Of a stretch of DNA of 18,943 bases, positions 8,945-18,943 are shown piece by piece (the stretch's first letter is position 1; each line of letters starts with the position of its first letter). Under the pieces are notes generated by a model. It was not told the origin of the DNA and made no database searches. It saw only the letters and a program-made list of their open reading frames with translations. Source of the stretch: Ginkgo biloba (taxonomy: Eukaryota > Plantae > Ginkgophyta); the NCBI GenBank assembly GCA_024626585.2, contig JANKJI020000002.1, positions 231,627,292 to 231,646,234 of the forward strand. The letters run 5' to 3'. Position numbers and translations under genes: made by a program.

Positions 8945-11900
8945 AACCACTTATATTAAAAATTTGGACTATTTGACTCAATGCCCCTTTTATCTCCTTG
9001 GATGCCTTCTTAGCCAAAGCAACTACTCATTGGTTTCAGAACCTGTCTATATGTTCTATCTCCCATTCCTCGAATTGATTCAGAATTCCCCTTATCTCAC
9101 TTATGATAAGAGTCAGGATCATATTACTGCAAGACCATCTCACCCTTACCAGATTCATAATTAGCATTGAATCTCCATATATCTTTACCCTCCAAATGAA
9201 TTTGATTGTTAACCATTTTATCCCATTTCTCAATGCTTTTCCTTCTAGAATTTTATTGGACAAAACACTAACACTCTCCTAATAGGCAATTATGCATGCC
9301 TCATTCGGGATGATTAAGAGACCTCCTATCCCAACTCTTCCTGAATAATTCTTCGAAGCACTATCAAAGAATAATACACACTAACCTGGATTTGCCTGAA
9401 TTCAGAGTTGTGAGGGAGATGTAATGCTCCTACCTAGCAACCTACTTTTGGAAGACCCAATCCTCAAGAGAACAAGATGGGCACTTCCTCCTTCTCTCAG
9501 GATTTTTACTCTATTTTAAAGGCTGTTATGATCTCCCTTACACCCATTTTGACTTCCATTGCCACCTTGTCCCCTGAAGGCCTTATGTTATTAAATATAC
9601 AATTATTACATTCCATCTAAAAATACCACAATATATATATTAAGACAACTTCTCTTAAACTTATTAGTAACTTTCTTCTTTATTTTGGATGACCATATGT
9701 TCTTACATATTATTTCAATAACCCAAGAGCTCATAAATGTGCCCTAACTAGAGTCATACCTTAAAATATATCCTTACCATTCCTATGATCACCTCCCATA
9801 CCTTTTTGCTAAAACTACAATTTAGGAACATGTGATTGACTATTTCCTCTTGTTTCTCATACATACCACATTCAGAGAGGCTAAAAAAGCTCCTTCTCAT
9901 TAGGTTATCTTCAATTAGAATTTCATTATGGTACACCAACCATGTGAAAAATTTTATCTTAGGAATCCACAAAGAGCTCCAAATAAGATTCCACTTTTAA
10001 TCTAGGTTAGCTTCACTTTGTCTTGCCAATATATCATAACCTCCTCTTATTGAATAACTTCTCTAGCCTAGAACCCCTACCTAGGCCAACCTGTCTTCCT
10101 CACCCAACAAGAAGGGAACTCTCTCTTCCATGCTAAATGTGAAGTCCTGATACTCTTTCCTAAGAAAGAGAGGAAGGTTTGGCTAGTCCTCCAACCCTTT
10201 CTAGGAATAAAGGGAGAATTTCCCTTTTAGGTTGATTCTTATATGCTCCTTCATAAATTTTCCATTTGCCAACAATCCCTGTTTATAGGCCATTCTCTCA
10301 AAAGGCCTATCTCGATATCCTCCCTCAAAATTTTTGTAGCAATAAATACTTTATTAAAGAAATGGATATTATTTCCATCCCCTAGGACTTAGGATAGATG
10401 ATACTAAATCAACAACCATCCTTCCTCAATATTTTTCCAAAGGATTATTCCTACATTTCCAGTAGACTNNNNNNNNNNNNNNNNNNNNNNNNNNNNNNNN
10501 NNNNNNNNNNNNNNNNNNNNNNNNNNNNNNNNNNNNNNNNNNNNNNNNNNNNNNNNNNNNNNNNNNNNTCAAGTGATATTTACCCAGCATATACATTATT
10601 TAGTTAGAATGTGCAAGGATACATATCGTAACATGATGACTGATGAATTGAAAAGGTAGCAGTATTGACATAAAAATAGTCTAAGTACTATTGTAGGTTT
10701 GTAGTAATGTGTTAAATGACACAATCAAGTGAAAATAACATGTGTGCATCAAAGGAAAAATACGAAGCATTGTCACAAGATTGCAATAGAATATCCAAAG
10801 ACATAAGTCCCTATAAGTAATATGGAATGTCAATAATGAAAAAGCACCAAGTATAAATAGAAACATTATTGTCATACTATGACATATTGTAAAATGACAC
10901 AAGTGCACAGTAATTACATAAGTCAATGATGACAAAAAAGAGATCATATAATTGTGATGTGACATAAATATTTGATTAAATTCAAAATTTCATNNNNNNN
11001 NNNNNNNNNNNNNNNNNNNNNNNNNNNNNNNAAGAATGATATGGTAGGTAATATTAAAAGTTAAGACTCATGAAAGCTGGGTTGAACTAAAGTTGAAAGT
11101 AAGAAAATGTAGAACATATAATTATATTGTTAAATGTATATTAACTTAGATTTCTAAGGTTGAGATTTTAAAGTTATAGAGGTTGTATCTATAAGAAGTG
11201 GAACTAAGACATTTTAAAGAACGATAAATTTGTACAAATAAAGGGAGATTCAATAAATGGTTGAATTCTACCCAATTCTTGTGGGGGATGACACCATTAC
11301 TTTTCATTGGAAGACTTATTTTGACATCATCGAGGGATATTTTGATCGAAAGAATTAATAGAGGAAAATAAGGGTGTAATTCTCTAGTTTAAAGGAAATT
11401 ATTTTCATAAGATTATATTGATTCTAATGACAAGATAGAGCACTAATTTAATCAAAGTTATCTTCCTTGTAAGAGTAGGCCAAATTGAGGTATAACTTTC
11501 AATCCTTTTTTGGAATTTTCTCAGAAGGGGGTGTCAGTCTCTACTCTTCAATAGATAAGGTGATAAAGGTACATTGAGGTATCTTATTAGAGATTCCAAT
11601 GACCCTCTTCAAAATCCCAATAACCTATAGATCCTCTCATGCAACCTAAAGGAACCACCAATCACATAGATATAACTTTTATCTTTGTTAACTGATTTCC
11701 TATAAGCCTCCAAGAAGGTGTTCAAAGACTCTTTAAAAACTCTAGAATTTTTTGCTAAAGCCTCTCTTAGGAGTAAAGTATCATCCACAAACTGAACATG
11801 TGACACCCTTTTTCAATTTTAGGTGATCTCAACCCCTTTCAAGTATCCCTTCAATGTTTTCCTCACCAGGTATATACTCAACCCCTTAACTACCAACATA

Positions 11901-12014
11901 AACAAGATTAGAGAGAGAGGGCACCCTTGTTTGATTCCCCTAGTTTTATTAAAGAAATTGACTAGATTTCTATTCATAAGGATGGAAAATAATGGATTGG
12001 AAATATAACTTTTA
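8945..12014 (-). mobile_element. Decayed L1-type LINE ORF2 (RT, zf-RVT, RNase H), interrupted and 5'-truncated
   Basis: Motifs in the correct order on the minus strand: FSILMN...RGIKQGCPLS (~11990-11915), SHVQFVDDTLL (~11806-11770), RKITLIKLVL (~11470-11440), GDGNNIHFF (~10380), WIPKIKFFTW...EEIVNHMFLNC (9972-9820), LFFDSASK...IYGDSMLIM...WEIEHI (~9375-9040). Many stops and frameshifts. Confidence 0.9.
10569..11293 (-). mobile_element. Probable LTR fragment or solo LTR inserted within the LINE
   Basis: Non-LINE AT-rich block that splits the LINE coding homology. Its right edge reads TGTCATCCCCCAC on the minus strand, an LTR-like TG terminus. The left edge is lost in the 10469-10568 gap, so no target-site duplication can be checked. 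Confidence 0.5.
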
Positions 12015-15000
12015 TGTTGATGTGTGTTTTCTGCATAGGATTCAATAGGTGATGGGAATGAAACCTACTCATGTTAGGACCCCTACTAGTCTTAGGGTCC
12101 AAGGTACAAGAGAATCAAATATTATAACTCAGGGGAGTATGAAACCTTGGTAACCTACTGGTGGGGACCTCCTATATAAAATGGATATTCACAATGTCTT
12201 TTAATTAAGTGATCTTAAATATTCTAAAAAGGGTATAAAAGGGGGAGAGAAGGGTAAGGAAGAAAGAAAGATCAGATTCCTTTCACCTACTTACTGACTA
12301 ATAAAAATGCTATTAATGATTCTATAACAACTATACCAAAGTACATNNNNNNNNNNNNNNNNNNNNNNNNNNNNNNNNNNNNNNNNNNNNNNNNNNNNNN
12401 NNNNNNNNNNNNNNNNNNNNNNNNNNNNNNNNNNNNNNNNNNNNNNGAATTTCCCCTTCTTCTATTAATTCACTCTTGTACAATGCTTGAAAACCCTATG
12501 ACACTTTGTGTCTTAGTGTTTCTGAAGAATAGATCCTTCAATGCAGAACTAACAAGCTATTCAAAATATTTTAACATCTTGAAAAAGGAAAATAGTGCTC
12601 CATTAAACCATGTAATTTTCTTATTATAATAATAATAAAAAAAAATGCTTTTCACAAAGCGTTATGGAGTCTTTGTGTAGGCTACAGGATGATGACATTT
12701 GGCAAGACCTAGTGACATCTCCCCTTGCAGTAGTTAATAGATTTAGAGTAAAACCTACAGAACCATGTGAGGCTCGAGATCCTAGGATCACACCATGTGT
12801 TTCAATTGTGCTTTCTCATAGACTTGCAAAAAGAAAAGGTGAAGGGGAGGAAACATCTAAAAGGATCACAAGCTTAATATCAATGAGATCATGCCATGTG
12901 TACTAATCTCTGTGGCTCACATAAGGTTATGGACAAAGTGATTACCATTGTACATCAATCAAGACAACACCAGATGATGAGAGCCCTAAACTCAGGAGAT
13001 GCCACCACGTGTTTAAATCTCGCAATATCATAGCCTCACATAATGTAGAAAAAGGGGAAAGAAACATCAAAAGGTTGCGAGTGAAAGGTCTTCAAGATCA
13101 ACCCACATGTCATAATCATAAGCATTCTCAGATCTATAGGAAGAAAAGGTAAAGGGGACAACATCGCCAAGTGATATGAGGTTAGATGATATAAGATCGT
13201 GCCACATGGCTCAATATCGTATTTCTTGAAGGCATTTTGGAAAATGGCAAAGTGTAAACTCAACCAGCCTAATACTACGAGACCCAAGTCTATGAACTTT
13301 TGCCACATGTATGGCTCATCACATAGAAGACATTGCACACTCAGAACAATGGCTTTGTTACCATTTAATTTTCATGAAGAGCTTGATTTGAACTATCTCA
13401 AAAAATTATCAAATATTAAATTAAGGGTAAGAGTGACATAACAGGTGAAAACCCTTACAGTCAAACCTTTGATAATCCATAGCTCTCTTGTGAATAGTAT
13501 TCATAAACCTTGGGATACTATCAGGTGCAAAGTTGATCATTCTTTCATATTTGGTGTTCTANNNNNNNNNNNNNNNNNNNNNNNNNNNNNNNNNNNNNNN
13601 NNNNNNNNNNNNNNNNNNNNNNNNNNNNNNNNNNNNNNNNNNNNNNNNNNNNNNNNNNNNNTTTCTCACCTAGTGATAAGTATCATGCCACCCTAACAAA
13701 GTCACCTCTAAACCAATGAAGCCTAAATTCTTGAAGATCAACAGTTATTTTTTCTAGAGTTGGTTGGATAAAGTTGCATATATGTAAGAACAAGCTAATA
13801 TATAGGATCCTATAATTGTCTCTTATGGATTACCTTTACAACTATAAACTATTATCTTTGCTTCTAGCTACTTCCTCCTTTGACTCTAGTATCTCTTCCT
13901 TCTCATGAACATTTGAATGCATGGTGAGTTTCCTCATTTAACTTGCATTATCGTTAAGGATATATTTAAATATTCTTTATAGATATAGAAGGGGAACTCT
14001 GGATGACACCTATACAACACATAAGTGGAAACAACATAGTGTCTTAAATGCGGATACCATCACTTGACGTCATGACAAGAAAAAAAGGATCATCATATTA
14101 ATTTCTTGTTCATTCAATATAGACCATCGATGGGTTGGGATGTGTTATGATCTAACACAATACAAGTCGTGATGGTTGGATATCAAGGTCTTTATTTATT
14201 CAGGGTTAGATCTTGATATAACATGAGTTAAAAACCCAAAGTTTGAACTTCAAATATCACCTCTGTGAGGTCTAGGTGTGAGTTTTTAATGAATTGGATT
14301 TACTTCTTCCTTTAGGTTCATGGGGTTGTGGGAAAATAATTTATCACATATACTCTTAAATTCCCTAAATTTCAAACTTTAAAATTTCCTTTTTGTTGAA
14401 ATTCGGATGCATACATTTTATGAGATAGTGTTTATTTTCCATTTAGGTCTGTACTTCAATGAGTTTTTTAAGGAGAAGGCATTGAGCACATCCTTTTAAT
14501 TCCCTAAACCTATATAAAGCTAAAATTACTCTTATTACATTTTTTTTGTATCCAGGTCCGTGAACCTTGCTTCATTTCTTTAAAATTTCAAGGTTTACAA
14601 AGGGAGAATATCAACTCTAATATTGACATTAGAGTTTCCCCAAAATTTAAATTCCAAACTTACAAGAAACACTCACTTCTATTAATTCCTTTCAATTTTT
14701 CTTTTGATTCAGGGTGACGATACGTGAAATAACATCTCATATTTTGGGCTTTGGTCTTATATCATTTGAAGAATTTATTCATACTTTTGGATATTAACAT
14801 ATCAAATTCCTAAATGCCAAACTATGGGCGGATGAATTCTCTATTTAATTAACATTTGTTCATAATTTTTCCAAGTCTATGGACTTGACAACTTACCCAT
14901 CATTTTAGGTTTTGGTCTTTGGGTATTCTAAATATCCAACTTAGTCTCCACCCATCATATATCCCTAAACTATGAACTACAAAGCCTTCACAAAGGATCC

Positions 15001-15600
15001 TTTCCCTTTATCAACTCAGATTTAACTTGTGCTTGGATCTATGTTATTTTTTGACCAATTAACATTCTCCAAAAACCTAAAATCTTGAAACTCCAAAAGG
15101 CACCCTCAACTGAAGGATTTTTTGGCATTTTGAGCTTCGACATTTGGGGATTTCATAAACAAAACTTTACTCGCTTGATGTACCTAAACTTCAAAATTAA
15201 TATCATACCTATCGCGCACAAAGGTGAATAGTGCCATTAACTCTGGCATATAATTCTACATTCTAACTAAACAACGGAAAAAATAAGATCAAGGGAAGGG
15301 AAGCTACCTTACCTTGACTTGTAGTTGCACTCCTTATTTAAAAAATGACAACAATGAGACCAAGGGAGAAGACTGCACTTCCCTTTATTACATATGGAAT
15401 GATGCTCTATAGTTTCCCTTAGTTGTCATGTTGCTTTCTAATCATATTAGGGAGAAGGTGTCTCTAGGGAGGAGCCACTCCCTTATTCAAATATTATTCC
15501 CTTATTTTCCAAGGGACCATTGTGATCATCTAGAGACCATGATATCACCTTGAATCATGTATGTTCACCTATAATATGTGAAATATTATTCTTAACATTA
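12015..15600. mobile_element. LTR-retrotransposon-derived non-coding sequence (LTR terminus plus degenerate repeat region)
   Basis: LINE RT homology stops abruptly at TGTTGATGTGTGTTTT (12015), the reverse complement of a typical LTR 3' end (...CACATCAACA). GCCAC(A/G)TG-like motifs recur at ~12890-13320. No coding domains recognised; right boundary approximate. Confidence 0.5.
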
Positions 15601-15965
15601 ACATACTTTGAACTCCTTCTATGATTACGTTGATGTTTCTTATTCCAAGTGAACTCATAAGTATTATTTTAAAGGTTCAACAACATTTATGAGGTGGATT
15701 TTTAGAGATCTTTCAAGTTCTTGTCTTTCAGTGATTTCTTATCTCTCTATCCTTTTTTGGAAACCATTAGTTATCATTCATGTCCAACTTATTTGTAGAT
15801 GATAGAGCTTGAAAAAAGAATTCATTTCCAAGGAATCAAGAAAATATAAGGGTACCCTTTCAAGGGGTAAACAAGTGGCCTCTGTGGTTGGCATCACCCC
15901 ATGTGGATTATGTAAAACTAGTCTATTTATTGAACTAAAAAATTAAACAAATCAAAATAAAATAT

Positions 15966-15975
<10 letters not shown>

Positions 15976-15998
<23 letters not shown>

Positions 15999-16000
15999 CA
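15976..16000 (+). repeat. (AC)12 microsatellite preceded by TA/TACA units
   Basis: Read directly. Confidence 0.95.
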
Positions 16001-17019
16001 ATAAAATGGTACCTCGAGCAATATTTTTATGAATAAAATAATTTTCCATGGAGAGATAGCTCTTGGTTCTATGGGGTCTAAGTTTATTGAGGAGGATATG
16101 ATCATGAGGAATCTGTTGAAGATTTCTTACTATATTGGGTTTTCTCTCATTATATTCTCTTTATTTTATTATCTTATGGTTAATTCTAGACAATGTATGT
16201 TCAAGGGAATGTTACTAATTCTATTCATGCTTATTATTGCCATTGTCTATTATTTATGAGGTTATATTAGATTTGTTAAAGCATTCATGGCATCTTCCTA
16301 TTTATAATCTTTCTATATTTGGATAAGGCTTATCCTATATAATATCCTTTTTTCCTATGTTCTTAAATTTTTGGATCTTTGGTCCTTATTCATTGTAATT
16401 TCAATATATNNNNNNNNNNNNNNNNNNNNNNNNNNNNNNNNNNNNNNNNNNCATAGCATTATTATGGGTTAATAGAGATATATTTTATTATTTATCTGAT
16501 TTATCTTGTGAAGCTTATGTTTGATCTTTCTTGAAATCTTGTGTAACATTGTGTTAGGATCTTGTGGTCTAATCACATAGTGCATAGAGTATCCTTTATA
16601 TATTGTAAAGGTGTTGGTAGCTTTAATAAGAGAGTATAGATTTATTGTCTCAAATTANNNNNNNNNNNNNNNNNNNNNNNNNNNNNNNNNNNNNNNNNNN
16701 NNNNNNNNNNNNNNNNNNNNNNNNNNNNNNNNNNNNNNNNNNNNNNNNNNNNNNNNNCCACAGTATTTTTTTTTTTTTTTTTTCTAAAAAATATTTGTAT
16801 TGCCACAATGGGTTTTTAAAGAGGTCTTATTGTAACTATTCTCTACAAACAATTTTTTTCATACTTTTCAGTCTTTCATATGTGTTTCTACATATCCATA
16901 TTTCACTCATCATGAGATTCTCTTTCTATCTATGCTATTTAAGTATCAAAGGTGTATCAACATTATTTATTTCTAGTTTATGTACAAGATTATTGCTCAA
17001 GTAATAGTCCCTCCAACAT

Positions 17020-18943
17020 TGTACATGAGAATGGGTGTTGTGTGAAAGGGCATCCAAGATACTTGAGATCAACATTGTGCTTACGAACAACCCATGTATA
17101 AGAGCAATATGCCCCTAGGAACCAAGGATAAGACAAACAACTATTCAAATCAATAGAGTCATTATTGAGTCAAATAGATAAATTCACAAGGGACCGAAGA
17201 GAAGACCCAGTGATATAAATCATTACCTCTCACCTAAACCCATTAGTTTAGGCCCACTCTTCTCTAGAGAATTTATATCTATTCCATTAGTGTAGTATGG
17301 GCCTTCTATAAGTGGAATTGAAGGCAATGAACATAAGAGAGCAATATATTCAAATTATACTTTAGACACTACCACATCTTCATAAAAAAAAAGGGCCAAG
17401 AGAAAATCCACCCCTTCTCTTGGGGATCCCTTTAGGACACGATCTAGGTGATGATTGAAAAAGGGAAAGCCATTTAAAAAAAAAGGAATATTATAAGACA
17501 ATTAATAGGATTGAAATTAAAGGCTTAAAAAGGATGCTCACATGTGAACCAACTGTCTAAAGAGGAAAGAAGAAATTATCAATGATTATCTAATGCCTCT
17601 AGCAGGAAATCTATAAAAGAAGAGAGAGCCAGTTGTAAAGGGTTTGAAAGTTTTATATTATTTTTTGAATTTCACTATAATTTGTAGTGTTATCTAGGAG
17701 TAGGTATTTTGGAGAATGTATCTAAATTAGAAGTCATTTTGGTGTCATTATTAAATTAAAATAGAGCTTTCATCCTTTTATTTTTTGTTATATTGTAGTA
17801 CAAGAAGTGTAATATATATTTTTCATAAAATGAGATATTATTTTACTTCCTATTCATCTTGTGATGTCGTTGAATGTTATGAGTGAATGATCCTTGATGC
17901 ATTATTTTTTGTGACTAATCTACTCATGTCATTTAATCAACTATGAGATAATGCTCATGGTTCCTCTTCAAAGTTAAAATATCCAAAATATGCTTTTCCT
18001 AGTTACTCCTATTTGTGCTTTCTTCTACTAAAGTTAAGGGTCTAGTTTTGTTGTCACACTGATGCTAGTGCAAAATTATTTTTCTTTTATTATGTGGAAT
18101 TTATTCTTACTCCTTTCCCCATATATTTCATTAGGTGTGAACAATAAACCATTTTTATTCACCCTTTACATTCACTGTAAATCACAATAAATCAATTTTT
18201 ATTTTTTTTCCTATTCTTTTGAAATAAGGGAACTACCCATGTAAGTCGAAGAATGTTTTATCCTTGCTATTATGATGTGCTTGTTCCTTTATTTGTGTTG
18301 TAGACTTAAATCCTTATCCACCATTCAATATAGGCACCAACTCGTATACCAACATAAATTGGAAACCTTACTGGGGAACTTCTAAGAGATCACTACCCAT
18401 CAGAGTGAAGCTAGCAAGTACTAGAGATATAGTCATAAGGAGGCTATATACAAGGTTTTTAAGAGCTCAAGGTATAATTGAAGAGTTTTAATGGTATCCT
18501 CAAGATAAAAAGAAAAGACAACCCTTGTTAAAAAGAGTCCCTTTTGCACTTGAGGTTTTCAAACTAGCTTATAATAAAATCAAGGTTTAGAGTCTTGATT
18601 ATTTAATACCATACTTCACTAAAACCAAATAAGAAGCCTCACCTTTTACATATATGACTATCTCGATCATAAAATGCCATTCTATGACACCGCATTTTAT
18701 TCTTCCTTTACTTCATCCATTTCCTTAAACTCCACTAGTATAAATGGTGATGCCCTAGAGAACTAGTTGTCTAATTAATCTTGGTCAGAACCTTGACCTC
18801 GTCCTTAATAGAGATTGTGATGCATATCCCAAATTTAAGGGAGATATCTTGATAGATAGTGAACAACATATGGAGAATTTTTTTGTAATGTTCAATAATT
18901 CTAATGTAGTCTTTGAGAATATTGCTATTAAATTATTTATAAA
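17020..18943 (+). mobile_element. Ty3/gypsy (Athila or Tat/Ogre-like) element 5' end: LTR, PBS, leader, start of gag
   Basis: Putative LTR TGTACATG (17020) to CCAACA (18354), with CTATAAAA at 17611. Then a 5-nt spacer and a PBS-like TGGAAACCTTACTGGGGA (18360-18377), then gag-like YPKFKGDILIDSEQHMENFF...VVFENIAIKLFI running off the window end. The LTR left edge is tentative. Confidence 0.72.
18744..18943 (+). pseudogene. gag: Retrotransposon gag N-terminal remnant
   Basis: ATG at 18744 is in frame with a PKFxG...EQH..F...V..E.....LF pattern typical of retrotransposon gag; in-frame TAG at codon 5. Confidence 0.65.

Noticed and set aside
12015-12727. Complete LTR 12015-12717 followed by a minus-strand polypurine tract (TGACA|TCTCCCCTTG)
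   Set aside because: Plausible but unsupported: there is no second LTR copy and LTR-like motifs continue beyond 12727.
16029-17004. Hydrophobic ORFs (16029-16259, 16645-17004; also 10681-10965) as membrane proteins
   Set aside because: Their composition follows from T-rich or A-rich decayed repeat DNA; no recognisable domain, and one spans an N gap.

Overview
AT-rich, gappy plant nuclear DNA, probably a large-genome seed plant such as a gymnosperm (inferred from intron size and repeat style). The window holds the middle of a minus-strand polypyrimidine tract-binding protein gene of the plant PTB1/PTB2 clade. Four constitutive coding exons (4159-3948, 3024-2962, 2850-2777, 2624-2529) splice in frame with GT-AG boundaries and encode the end of RRM1 and RRM2. 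The 5' and 3' exons were not found, so they lie outside the window or in gaps. The main signal is two candidate frameshifting poison cassette exons in consecutive introns of this one gene. One is 103 nt (6735-6633, with a longer 220-nt option). The other is 56/59 nt (3711/3714-3656) and is followed by a long UC-rich tract that PTB itself could bind. Both have weak splice sites and predicted hairpins. The rest is decayed L1 LINE copies with RT and RNase H, nested LTR-retrotransposon pieces, a Ty3/gypsy LTR-PBS-gag start, a small palindromic repeat array, microsatellites and a possible rbcL-derived fragment.
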